From Trichoplax sp. H2 (lineage: Eukaryota), in assembly GCA_003344405.1 (NCBI GenBank), contig NOWV01000143.1:124001-188000 (forward strand): a stretch of 64,000 bases of DNA, read 5' to 3'. Every line of letters begins with the position of its first letter. Position 1 is the first letter of the stretch. Of this stretch, positions 1 to 13,315 are shown one piece after another. The position numbers and the translations under genes are program-made. The notes under the pieces are model-generated. The model was not told the DNA's origin, did not search any database, and saw nothing but the letters and a program-made list of their open reading frames with translations.

Positions 1-1319
1 CTCAGTTAATCATTACAATTTGAATTATTCTCTTTCAATTCCCTGTTATGAAGGCGTGCACGTAGTGTTTTTATCCCACTTTTTCTTACGGAAAACATCG
101 TGCAATACAACTTTGTTATTACACTCTCATAATGCTAGCGTCGAGCTTGTAGTACACGAATGGATGGCCACTACAGTAAAACATAGCTGAAACAAAGTAA
201 CACCTCGATACAGTAAGAAGCAAACTACTGCTACCACACGCTAGAATAAAGCAAGGGAAAAGGTGGAAATAGAGCAGACTATGGAGAAAAAGTCTGCCAA
301 TTGGCAGATTGGGCTAGACTACCAACAAATTGAATTGCCATTTTAATTGAATTGAATTTACTGGAGTCATTTGATAATAAAAATGGGACAGCCAATGTCG
401 TTAATATACGTTTGTGTGATCTCTACGTATGTATGCGTGTTTCTACAGATGGCTGGAAAAGAAAGCCTGCAGTAAATACTAGCTGGATATTTGATTACAG
501 ACAGTAGAGGAGGCAAAAATCAATGTACATTGTTCCATTTCGCCATGCACAATCGCATATTCTAAACATTGCATATCATTATTTTATTGAATGAAACCTA
601 GCGGACTACGATGTTTATTTTTAACCTCTTTATGTTGAGATATTTCCTGGATAGATTAGAACGTATGAACATTTTTATTGATACAGTATAGCTTGTGCAG
701 TTGTAAGCTTGACTAATTTTCATGGAGATATTATGCAATGAATAAGCCAACCTCCTCTAGAAGCCTATAATTATATACAAATTGGTAATGATATCATTTT
801 ATTTCATAGCCATTCCTGTAGTAAGAAAGTGGCCGGCCATTGCTATACCGTTGGCTTTGCCTGCAAAATCAATGTCTCTACAGTAATGATAATAACCAAT
901 CTGCTGCGGCTGACGTCACTACTTTCATACAGTTCACCATGGCTGTACTACGCCGTGAAGTTAGTATGGGTACCAAACTGCGTTTCCGTCATAGTATAGC
1001 GCACCACCCCCATACTTGCTTTACACACCGAAACGGCCAACCCACCAATGAACTGTGTGTTGACGCATCCTGTACGTTGTACAGTATACTGTACAATGTA
1101 CGACCACTCGTGCAGTACTGTGACTGTTGGCGAGGGCAATGGACTACGCCAACGCGTTGTACCCTAAGGTCTGCCTACCTGGGCACTGGGCCAGGGACTC
1201 GACACGAAGTAAAACCGCCGTACGGAGAAGCCTTGAGTGTCTGAAATCGCATCAATCAATCGGCCCAAGACAAACCACTCAATAACGGTATTAGATTTGC
1301 GTTTTGGCCTTACAACACG

Positions 1320-4300
1320 ATGGATTACCTACAAACAACTAAGGTATGTTAGCCAAGAATAAAATCGAGACCACACGATCATGCTATTCCAACTGATTTT
1401 CAAATTTCCCTTCATGTCTGGCGTTATACAGTCCATGGGATTGTGAAGAATTGATCAAAATGTTGTCATACGGGTCCAGTTGAGACTGGTTGAGGCTAGT
1501 TGAGACTGGTTGAGACTAGTTGAGACGGATGTGTTGTCTTCCCTCTAGGTTGTATCTGGCTCTAGTATCTGCCTTTGGATAGATCGTTATACAGTCCATG
1601 GGATTGTAAAGAATTGATCGAAATGTTATCATACGGGTCCAGATGAGGCTCGTTAAGACTAGTTGAGACTGGTTGAAACTAGTTGAGACGGATGTGTTGT
1701 CTTCCCTCTAGGTATATCTGCCTTTGGATAGATCGTTATACAGTCCATGGGATTGTAAAGAATTGATCAAAATGTTGTCATACGGGTCCAGTTGAGACTG
1801 GTTGAGGCTAGTTGAGNNNNNNNNNNNNNNNNNNNNACCTACAAACAACTAAGGTATGTTAGCCAAGAATTAAATCGAGACCACACGATCATGCTATTCC
1901 AACTGATTTTCAAATTTCCCTTCATGTCTGGCGTTATACAGTCCAAGGGATTGTGAAGAATTGATCAAAATGTTGTCATACGGGTCCAGTTGAGGCTGGT
2001 TGAGACTGGTTGAGACTGGTTGAGACTGGTTGAGACTGGTTGAGGCTGATTGAGACTGGTTGAGGCTGATTGAGACTGGTTGAGGCTGATTGAGACTGGT
2101 TAAGACTAGTTGAGACGGATGTGTTGTCTTCCCTCTAGGTTGTATCTGCCTTTGGATAGATCGTTATAGTACAGTCCATGGGGATTGTGAAGAATTGATC
2201 AAAATGTTGTCATACGGGTCCAGTTGAGACTGGTTGAGACTAGTTGAAACGGATGTGTTGTCTTCCCTCTAGGTATATCTGCCTTTGGATAGATCAGCCA
2301 GCGATGATGAGTTCTAGAGGGGAGGGATTATTTTCTTCCTTGATTTAAAATGGCTGTAATCAAGTCAACATTCGATGGCTAAAGTAGTGGTGTAGAAGGA
2401 TAGCTGTACAACGTATCAGTAAATTAGTGATCGATCAATGATACGGACTACGATCAAGGGGTAGACTACTGATGATAGCATGCCATCACGCCTAACGACG
2501 ATTAGCGGCTGCTAGCTTCTCTCTTCACTCCTTACATTCATCTCGCTTACATAAATCCATATTCTATCCAATGTATATAGATATACACTCATGTAGATTT
2601 GCCTTTTAAATCAAACGAAAGTAACAAGCTAAGTAATGATCAATAAAATAGGTTAAATATGGTCCCGGTGATCGATGAGATAGAATAACAAGCTCTGTTT
2701 GCAAGGCACAATGTATTTACAACAGTCGTTATTTCTTTCCAATAATCTATCGTATCAACCTTGATGGTTTAACGTAAGCGGCAAGCTCCAACTTTCATTT
2801 TTTGTATTTGGACATGTTGATTGATGACTTGCATACTGTAATTCACTTCAATTAAATCGACTGGCTATGGTTCGTAAGTTGCTAATGCAATAAAATCGTC
2901 AAGCTTACAATCTGTTATCAGGTTAGGAAGACTAGCTAGGAGCGACGGCCCGGCCTATAGTGCAGTACTGGCGTGAAAATAGTCACTGATTCAATGATGT
3001 GGTGACAGAGAAAGGATTATGTTATCCACAGTACATAATGGATTGAAAATAGATTAATTGACAAGGTTAAATACGTTTATCCACTGCAAACAGAAATCTT
3101 TCGGCGTAATTTATCGCTAANNNNNNNNNNNNNNNNNNNNACGGATGTGTTGTCTTCCCTCTAGGTATATCTGCCTTTGGATAGATCGTTATACAGTCCA
3201 TGGGATTGTAAAGAATTGATCAAAATGTTGTCATACGGGTCCAGTTGAGACTGGTTGAGGCTAGTTGAGGCTAGTTGAGACTGGTTGAGACTAGTTGAGA
3301 CGGATGTGTTGTCTTCCCTCTAGGTATATCTGCCTTTGGATAGATCGTTATACAGTCCATGGGATTGTAAAGAATTGATCAAAATGTTGTCATACGGGTC
3401 CAGTTGAGACTGGTTGAGACTAGTTGAGACTGGTTGAGACTAGTTGAGACGGATGTGTTGTCTTCCCTTTAGGTATATCTGCCTTTGCATAGATCAGCCA
3501 GCGATGATGAGTTCTAGAGGGGAGGGATTATTTTCTTCCTTGATTTAAAATGGCTGTAATCAAGTCAACATTCGACGGCTAAAGTAGTGGTGTAGAAGGA
3601 TAGCTGTACAACGTATCAGTAAATTAGTGATCGATCAATGATACGGACTACGATCAAGGGGTAGACTACTGATGATAGCATGCCATCACGCCTAACGACG
3701 ATTAGCGGCTGCTAGCTTCTCTCTTCACTCCTTACATACATTCATCTCGCTTACATAAATCCATATTCTATCCAATGCATATAGATATACACTCATGTAG
3801 ATTTGCCTTTTAAATCAGACGAAAGTGACAAGCTAAGTAATAATCAATAAAATAGGTTAAATAGGGTCCCGGTTATCGATGAGATAGAATGACAAGCTCT
3901 GTTTGCAAGGCACAATGCTTTTACAACAGTCGATATTTCTTTCAAATAATCTATCCTATCAACCTTGATGGTTTACCGTAAGCGGCAAGCTCCAACTTTC
4001 ATTTTTTGTTTTTGGACATGATGATTGATGACTTGCATACTGTAATTCACTTCAATTAAATCGACTGGCTATGGTTCGTAAGTTGCTAATGCAATAAAAT
4101 CGTCAAGCTTACAATCTGTTATCAGGTTAGGAAGACTAGCTAAGAGCGACGGCCCGGCCTATAGTGCAGTACTGGCGTGAAAATAGTCACTGATTCAATG
4201 ATGTGGTGACAGAGAAAGGATTATGTTATCCACAGTACATAATGGATTGAAGATAGATTAATTGACAAGGTTAAAATACGTTTATCCACTACAAACAGAA

Positions 4301-7300
4301 ATCTTTCGGCGTAATTTATCGCTAATGAATGCTCACACACACTGACGACAATACGCTGCAGTATGCCTTTCGTGGCATAGAATTAGTAATACTTTATGGA
4401 TACTATCACTAGTTGGAACGATTAAAATCTCACGTTATCAGGTTCAAATAGGTACATAGACTATAAATCGTAATCTTACCAAGCAGTTATCACCAAAGAG
4501 TATTGACATCCTACGTGATACAATACCAGTGAGTATGCTATGTTGAACATAAAATGAGTCATACTTTACAGAAACTATTACTAGCTTTCGAAAGAATAGC
4601 ACATTACATTATACAATCATCGATAGTACGATTCTTAGATTCAAAATTATCAAAGAATAGACAGTTAAGATGGTCGATCAATGTGATTTTATCGTGGATG
4701 ACTCACTGGTAAATGCGTTACGAGATCACTTCATTTTATTGATTGATTACTTCCAGACGCTGCTTAATATTACGTATTGATCGAATATATTTTGACAGAC
4801 GCATAAAATGTAAAAACGATTGGCTATAAACGTACTATTATTAACCTTTGATGGATTATTTACTTGTACTCATCTATCGTCCTTTATACACCAAGAATTG
4901 TGATTTGATTTCAAATTTGTATGTACCAGTACTTTGATTTTTGCTCATGATATTGTACAGCATAAATTGAGATAATTTCCTGTCCTGATTTTCTCCTTGT
5001 GATTATCTTTGCAACATCAGATTCTAATTCTTGCGTAATTTATTGCAATTTGCTCATTTCGTATTTACAGGTAGATAAGGTCACATTGAAAGATAGATTT
5101 AATCCAAGCTTTGAAAATAACGGAACGCTTCATTTAACAGCAACCCATCTAATTTTTATTAATCCTGCAGTTAATCCAGAACTATGGGTAATTACAATGC
5201 TAATTAAGAAATGCTTTATGTCAAATATTCTACAGTATATCTTATATTCAATTGCAATGGATGAAATTGAATACAAACTCCATATGTACGGTGGTTACTG
5301 TTGGAAGCAATTAGTCTAATACTCTACTAGCTTAAATATATTGAGCTTAAATTTCATCTTATGTGTACTTCTGTTGAATACTTGTCATAAATTAGATTAA
5401 TAGCAACATTAGTTTTAACTTATTCATTTTTGGATCAATTATATTAAATAGACCTTTGAGTGATTGCTAAAGTAAAGTTTTAGTGCAATTTTGGTAAATC
5501 AGATTTTTCATCATGGTATCAGCCAAACTGATCCAGTGATAATTTTCTTATATTTTTAGTTATCTTACTCGCATATAGCTACTGTGGAGAAGCAGCAAAT
5601 TAGTATTAAAGGAGCACCACTAAAAATTGTCTGTAAAGATTTTCGTGTCCTAAACTTTGTCTTCTACAAGGAGCCTGATTGTCAAGACGTTTATGTCTCA
5701 CTACAAAATTTAACAAAACCAGGTATGTTTACAAATGTAGAAATATTAATTGAAATTAGGCTTAGTAATTACTACCAATTCCTAAAATTACTTGTTTAAA
5801 ATTATCGTCCTCAGTAAATTATGCGGAATTGCACGCCTTTACTTACGAACCTCCTGGTAGTAAATGGCCTAGATCTGACGGATGGAATATTTTCGAATTC
5901 GAAGCTGAAATGACTCGCTTAGAAGTACCGAGTGATTTGTGGAGGAAAACAGATATTAATAAAGATTATAAGGTAAAATTACGATCATAAATCTATTTAA
6001 TGTGCACACGTTGTTGTTCCTTAGCTACTACCATATGTAGAGTTGATTCTTCGCTTATGATCTAAAAATATTACCGTCGTATTATATTAGCAATCGCTAA
6101 ATAACATGATTATGTAATGGTGTTGTAAATACTCTGTGTAGCTATGTCCAACCTATCCTGAAGTCTTGTATGTGCCAGCGACAGCTACAGAAGAGACTCT
6201 AACCGGTAGTGCATCTTTTCGTAGCAGAGGTAGACTACCCGTTCTGACTTATTACCATAAATACAACAAGGTAGAATTTTGTTTTATTATTGTTAAAGCT
6301 ATCTAAACTAATAATTAGCGAGTACTAGACTACTCGATCTGATAGATTTGATAGACAATTTATTCGTAAGGTTATTTTTCAGTACATGTTAAATTCTTGC
6401 ACGTAGACTGCCTTATGCCGCAGTAGTCAGCCATTAACAGGAATGCGGGGAAGAAGCGTAGATGATGAACAATTATTACAGGCTGTAATTCAATCAAATC
6501 CGAAGTCTCCTGTTATGTATATAGTAGATACCAGACCTAAGGTAATTCGACCAATGTCATTTACTTATATTATCATTTATTGATGTCTATACTTATTTAA
6601 GAATTGCATTATGGACTGAATTTAGATTAATGCTATGGCGAATAAGGCTGCTGGCAAAGGTTATGAAAATTTGGACAATTATCCTAATGTTCTATATCGA
6701 TTTCGTGGAATACAAAATATTCATGTTATGCGAGAGAGTTTGCAAAAGTTATCGGAAGGTTAGCCAATTACTCCACGATCATGTGAATATCATTAATTTT
6801 TTATGCTAATCAATCGCTAACTTGTAATTAATGTGTCTTCTAGTTATAGAAAATCCTGCGCTAAATGCTGGCGAATTTTTCGATTCTTTAGATAGTAGTA
6901 GTTGGCTTAAGCATATTAGATCAGTAATTGATACGTCTAGATTTATTGCCCTGGTTAGTATCGCGTCGGTACAAGACGAAATTCAGATTTAAAGGATTAC
7001 CTTGTTTTTTAAAGTGACGTAGATTGTAATGTTATACTTTTTAGGCAATGCTAATGGATAATGCATCAGTATTATGCCACTGTAGTGATGGATGGGATAG
7101 AACTGCTCAAACATGTGCTTTAGCATCGTTATTTCTAGACCCATATTACAGAACAATTAAAGGCTACCAGGTACAGTAAATTGGCTATTCCAATATAGTT
7201 GCCAGTCATTCTATAAACAATATAAATTGACGCTTTAGATATTAATTGAGAAAGACTGGCTTGCATTTGGCCATAAATTCAACTGCCGGTAAGAGATTTA

Positions 7301-8566
7301 CTTTTAGATATCGGTTTATTTCAAAATTAGTTACTAACTATAGTATTATTATGAATTCTTTGACGAACTTGATTTAGTTGTGGATTACTACGCCGTGAAA
7401 ACCGCGAAGTTTCGCCTGTATTCACACAATTTATAGATTGTACATGGCAGATAATGCAACAGTTTCCGTTCGCATTTGAATTTAACGAACAATTTCTTTT
7501 AACTATACATGACCATGTTTATTCTTGCCAGGTTAGTTACTATTAGTAAGACTATTCCTGAGATCTTTAAAATTGATATGTGCTAATATTAGTAAAATAT
7601 CAGGAATATAGTCTATCTTCTTTAAATTCTATCAATTTTTCTATAGTTTGGAAATTTCTTAGGAAACTGCCAACAGGACAGAAGGAAGGAGTCGTACGTA
7701 ATATAGCTGACGTATTAATTTATGTTTCAAAATTGGGTTTCATCTATCTCTGTTTAGTGAAATACTAAATCTTTTACCAATTATACGGATAGACTTTCTG
7801 AAAAGACCTATTCATTGTGGGGTTATATGTGCAAACAGTTGGCAACATATTTGAACCCTTACTACGACCCAAACTTTAATGCAGATAAAAGAGGAATAAT
7901 TATTCCATTGATAAATCCTCAGTGTATAAGGTAATCATTAAAGTCAGTTCATAATGTTATTACTATATCAATACACAACTCAAATAGCAGCATTTGAAAT
8001 TGATGTAGGCATTAATTGTAGTATCCTTTCATATAGATTCTGGTCGGGTATGTATAATAGACATGCTTTGGCTCATTCTAAGTCCGAAACAATAGAGGAT
8101 CGAGCTACCAGAATTTATGCTGATAATAAGAAATTGGAGAAAGAAATCTCAGCTATATCCGAAGTAAATTATATTGTTACTATATAATTGATGCATTTTA
8201 GCTTTCTATAACTATAAAGTTTACCCATAAGCGCTTTCAGTACAGTATATGTGATGTGTTCAATTTGATGCACAGGAAATTGCACTTTTAGAAAATAAAA
8301 GCGCTGAGGGTCAAGTAAATGGATCAATTCGCGAAAATCCAGAGGATGAAGATGAAAATTCTAATTTACAACTAAATCATGATCTGAAGACGATGGATAG
8401 CTCTACTACCGAAATAGATGTACAGCAAGCTACAGAAATAGTAGACAGCAATACTCTTTCAGAATTTGAGCAATTAGCTGTCCAGGATTCTATTAGTGAC
8501 GGAAACGAAGTAAAAAACACAGAGATGACTAAAGATGTAAATTATACTATTTCCGATGAGGCTTAG
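1320..8566 (+). CDS. MTMR6/7/8: Myotubularin-related phosphoinositide 3-phosphatase, MTMR6/7/8 subfamily (15 coding exons, ~633 aa)
   Basis: Hand-spliced GT-AG exons: 1320-1343 (MDYLQTTK), 5071-5187, 5560-5722, 5815-5972, 6142-6270, 6407-6541, 6626-6758, 6844-6953, 7045-7170, 7239-7288, 7378-7531, 7647-7693, 7793-7930, 8037-8163, 8276-8566. Total 1902 nt, frame kept throughout. Contains the PH-GRAM start ([25 protein letters not shown]), [36 protein letters not shown], catalytic HCSDGWDRT (7078-7104), [23 protein letters not shown], then a likely coiled coil and an acidic tail. Confidence 0.95.
1421..2295. repeat. Compound tandem repeat (~125-190 bp units with an embedded 10-bp GTTGAGACTR minisatellite) in MTMR intron 1
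   Basis: Repeated unit: cgttatacagtccatgggattgt(g/a)aagaattgatcaaaatgttgtcatacgggtcca + (gttgag[a/g]ct[g/a])n + cggatgtgttgtcttccctctaggt..tatctgcctttggatagat. The decamer count varies between units. Interrupted by the N gap at 1817-1836. Confidence 0.92.
2296..4325. repeat. Near-identical ~825-bp duplication (2296-3120 vs 3496-4325) straddling an assembly gap; probable uncollapsed haplotype
   Basis: The two blocks align at an offset of ~1200 with scattered SNPs and small indels. Copy 1 ends exactly at the 20-N gap. Confidence 0.85.
3141..3495. repeat. Further units of the same compound tandem repeat
   Basis: Same unit sequence resumes directly after the N gap at 3121-3140. Confidence 0.9.
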
Positions 8567-9430
8567 TGAATACAGTTTAAATAATAATTATGCGGCAGGT
8601 GGCTGACAGCTAGGAATAGCAAGTTCGATCTAATTATACATTAATATGTTTAGTTTAAAATTGTGTATTAAATGCAACTATCACACTGATGTTTATTCAA
8701 AAGTATACCTTGAGTATTTTGTATAAATAGGTAGAGAGCTAGGGTTACGAACAGAATATGTCACTTGATTGTTTACGCATCCTTTGGATGTTTTTAAATG
8801 ACGTTTTGTAGGAATTATACTGTTTCAGAATGCTACTGTTAACTCAATGATAGTCAATTTCTGCATATGTACAATATTCGTTTCTTGGACACTACTTTTA
8901 TAACTCTCTACGTACTGTTAAGTTTTATCTTGTAACTCGTAAAGTTATATCTTTTATCGATAACAAATACTCCGTAGTCGAAAATATTAAGAAAAGCATC
9001 AACTAAGATGCTATCTTATCATATGAGCTAGTTCATTTTCAGTTGAAAGTTTTATTTTCTGAACCGTCAATCGAAATCCTTGTTGGATGATTGATAGGCC
9101 ACTTTACTAACATCAAGGGATATTTCTACAAAAATTTAGCTTTTCAATTCACTTATATATTATTGATTGATATAGTTAAATATCATAGAGTAGTCATAAA
9201 TAATTAATACAACGCTACATGGGAAATGAATTTGTTAATGATACTATGGACATTGTTAAACGATTACACACTAGCACCTCAAAATGTAATTTCAGTAAAA
9301 TTATCAGAATAACTATTGCAGTATCCTATTTGGCGTCTGTTATAATATTTGAACATATAAAACTTATATAAGCGATCAATTCGTATTGTGTAAAAATATA
9401 AAGGAAAATATCCTAGTTGATATTCCAAAT

Positions 9431-11491
9431 TTATGCTTGTGCCAACGCGATAATACTAAAATTTACTTCTGTTGGATCACGCTGCATAAGAGATTGACAC
9501 ACTTTAGCGGCATCCTAAATAGTAAGATATTAAGAGCAAGCATATTCGTGAACAGATATGTTTGCCGTAAGAAGAATGGTATTAATTAGTGATACGTAGA
9601 TAGGCTATTGCTGACGCTTGTAATATGAAAGCGTGAATAGCAATGAACATTACCTTTAGAAATGATTCGGGGCTTGAGGAGCCATGATTGATAGGGAACG
9701 GTTTGCGTCCATCTACATGAATTAAATCTTAACTTGTAAGAATTTATCGTACTATCAACGGCTTTCTTGCAGTATAGGTGGTGTACAACGTACCTAACTC
9801 ATATAAATGGCCACCATTTTGGACGAGAGCAACGTAATGCAAGTTAACCTCCTCGTTAACGCTTGGAGCCTAACACAACGAATAATTTTATTCATTCACC
9901 GACGATATAGCAAATTGCAAATGTCACAGTTTAGTAACTTGAGGATACAATTATAACCGGACGTACGTTCATACATATACTGCACATCAGCTAAATATTT
10001 GTACTGACGCTATTTACTGTAAATTAATAAAAGACTGTAATGTACTGTAGATCGCAATCATAACTGCTGGAAAATGATAAATTGTTATTTTCTATATATT
10101 GCCCATTACATCGGTGTACCATGAAGATTTAAGTATTGCTTTTAGCCTGTAAGATAGTCAAGTAATAATAATTATTGACAGTTACCTGAGTTTGCCCTTC
10201 ATGAGCGCATGCTTCGTGAGCAGAAGTAATTTCCTGATAGAGATTAATAAGAAATATCATTGATTTCGTGCAATCATTATACTGTAGTCGCATTCTCTAT
10301 TGTGAGGTTACAGTAGAATTGGTAGATGGTGAAATTTTAAAGATATCCTAGGTATACTTACATTATCATTTTCAAGATAGGCTGCTCTTTCTACCGCATT
10401 CATGTTAGCTGTAGCTTGTAAAAATTCCTTTAGGTAGCCATTATCGAGCTGAACATTTGCACTGTTGTTGCCGAATGCATGTATAAGTGCGATTGTACCA
10501 CAAGCGTTGCCAATCGTTTGCTTCATAAAATAGACATCGTCGCCAATAAACTACAGTACATCAGGCCAATACAATATACACTTACAATTTGTTACCAGAT
10601 TAATTAAATTTATGGTTATGGTTATAATTTGCTGTATCTGTAGGCACATATAAACAAATACTTAACTACTGCAAAATTAGATGTACTCGTATATTATAGC
10701 AGTACAATAAACTTTGTTCCTTTGCAGGATAACGAGTAGTTAGTTAGATAGACACTACAGTCCATGTAGACCTAATATTAACTCACTTATCGATTGATAC
10801 TATTTCTTAGTTTTTACAGTTACGAATGTTCGTATCTAGCTGACCTGGCCTTGAGTACCAAGTCGATTGACTTCATCAGTTATGTAATTTTCGTACTAGA
10901 TAAATTAATAAAACACGTAAACGCATTAGCAACTATAATTCCAACGACTATCATAGTGTTAAGGGAAATAGAAAGGTAAAAGAAAGCTGATATCAATCAC
11001 CTTCGATGTTATAGGAAATAGAACTAATAAGGCTACGACAGGTTGAGGTAAGAAAGCTAGTAATTCATCGTCTAATCCGAAAACATCGACAAACTGCCAT
11101 GCTTTGGGGACCCCTAAAGCATAAGCAAACTATTCCCTCGATATGAGGTTGATCACATCAAAATTAATAAACAAGCAGGCATTGCATCAATGACGTCTAT
11201 CAACTTGTAGTCTATCGATACGTTCTAATTCTTGGATTTCTTATTGGACGCTATGAGTAATACCTTGTTTATAGCCTAGCATAATAAATAGAATTATTTT
11301 CAAATTAGGATCATCTACACGTCGCACTGAATTCCATTGTACAGTATATATAGATCGCTTCTCACGTATGATTTGATCGATTTTCTATGCAGTTATGATA
11401 AGTAGGCTTCAATTTATAGCAATCTACGACGATTATGCAATACCTCTGGGTTGGATTCAAGCGGCAACCAACGTGATGTTTGACCGGACAT
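9431..11491 (-). CDS. UCHL3: Ubiquitin C-terminal hydrolase, UCH-L3/L1 family (peptidase C12), 9 exons, ~231 aa
   Basis: Exons (minus strand): 11491-11444 ([16 protein letters not shown]), 11275-11264 (AINK), 11129-11001, 10895-10845, 10550-10362 ([13 protein letters not shown]), 10233-10186, 9869-9794 (LHYVAL..HLYEL), 9712-9654 ([11 protein letters not shown]), 9514-9431. Total 696 nt, all GT-AG. Oxyanion Gln and the Cys/His/Asp triad are intact. Confidence 0.96.
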
Positions 11492-12171
11492 GTTTTCTTC
11501 CGCTTGCTATTGGAAAGTTAATAAATGACTGAATGAACTAGTTATACTTCAGGACTGAGCAATGAGTAGAGCGCAAGTCTATTTCTACTAAATTTGCCTT
11601 GCGACTTTAGTACACGAACTGGTTTGATACCGTAGTCTGTGCACCCTGCTACGGTACTGAATAATGCTGTACGTTGCCATTGCTACCGTATTACGATAGG
11701 CCACAGCAAGAGTACTGGATGATCGTCTGTCCGCCAATTCTATAGCAGTATTTTATTGATTGGTTTTATTTTTGGATGGACTCGAATTTTAGCGGCTATC
11801 TTTATAGCCCATTAGGCTGAGATCTTTTCCTGAAGAACTATTTACCGTTCTCCTGGTATATCAACGATCCAAGCTAGCGCCGACATACTTGATATTCATT
11901 ATACAAGGCCGATATACAAGTATCCTACTGGATGCAGGATAGTCAGTGGATACTAAGATATGATCGCCAAGCAATTTTCAAGAGGAAATGACAGACTTCC
12001 TTCTATGCAAGCAATAATTTTATAACGGGAAATTACAGACCTTTTAATTAATTTTATGATACTTTTGAATTTACACTGAAATGATTGTATTTTATAGATA
12101 GAGGAACAAATGGAGACAGTACTTGCACGTGCAATGCATCATTTTCCATAGCCTTTTATCACGCGCCTAGT

Positions 12172-13315
12172 CAGGAGTAAAAAGTTGATCTCGAGCCTCT
12201 GCTATTGTATAAAATAGTGTAAACTTATGGTATCCGAAAGAATCGGTTAAATTGAAGAGGAATTTTACATACAGTAAATAGCGGTGAATGACTAAATTGA
12301 ATCCATGCAGACTTCCTAGGAATACATGAAATATTGGCTATTTATGACGTACGTAAATTGGCTATTTTTGACGTACGTGAGGCATATTCGAAATTTAAAA
12401 ATTATTCACTTATTACAACAATAAATGGGTCTGATTGCCAGTTCTGGCAGCATTAATCAAGAGTAAAAAGTTGATCTCGAGCTACTACTACTATATAAAA
12501 TAGTGTAAATTTATAGTATCCGAAAGAATCGACTAAATTGAAGTGGAATTTTACGTAAATAACGGAGAATGACTAAATTGAATCCATGTAGACTTCCTAG
12601 AAATACTGTACATGAAATATTGGCTATTTATGACGTACATAAATTGGCTATTTTTGACGTACTTAAGGCATATTCGAAATTTAAAAATTATTCACTTATT
12701 ACTACAATAAATGAGTTTGATTGACAGTTCTGGCAGCATTAATCAAGAGTAAAAAGTTGATCTCGAGCTACTACTACTATATAAAATAGTGTAAATTTAT
12801 AGTATCCGAAAGAATTGGCTAAATTGAAGTGGAATTTTACGTAAATAACGGAGAATGACTAAATTGAATCCATGTAGACTTCCTAGGAATACTGTACATG
12901 AAATATTGGCTATTTATGACGTACGTACATTAGCTATTTTTGACGTACTTAAGGCATATTCGAAATTTAAAAATTATTCACTTATTACTACAATAAATGA
13001 GTTTGATTGACAGTTCTGGCAGCATTAATCAAGAGTAGAAAGTTGATCTCGAGCTACTACTACTATATAAAATAGTGTAAATTTATAGTATCCGAAAGAA
13101 TCGGCTAAATTGAAGTGGAATTTTACGTAAATAACGGAGAATGACTAAATTGAATCCATGTAGACTTCCTAGGAATACTGTACATGAAATATTGGCTATT
13201 TATGACGTACGTACATTAGCTATTTTTGACGTACTTAAGGCATATTCGAAATTTAAAAATTATTCACTTATTACTACAATAAATGAGTCTGATTGCCAGT
13301 TCCGGCAGGGTTAAT
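12172..13315. repeat. Tandem repeat, 4 x 286 bp
   Basis: Units start at 12172, 12458, 12744 and 13030 (ca[g/a]gagta[a/g]aagttgatctcgagc...), exactly 286 bp apart. Units 2-4 are near-identical and unit 1 is more diverged. Confidence 0.95.

Noticed and set aside
1-1244. ORFs 840-1244 (+) and 948-1139 (-), and a possible small spliced minus-strand ORF (MVN/CKANGIAMAGH..)
   Set aside because: No recognisable homology and early stops in the trial splices. The region looks like the MTMR promoter or 5' flank.
1421-3495. CRISPR-like appearance of the regularly spaced repeats
   Set aside because: Eukaryotic intron, spacers are not unique, and there are no cas genes.
7580-7768. Short ORFs overlapping real exons (also 9386-9589, 10794-10979, 34525-34713, 43272-43496, 47365-47556, 59277-59465)
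   Set aside because: Off-frame or antisense shadows of the MTMR, UCHL3 and GPCR exons.
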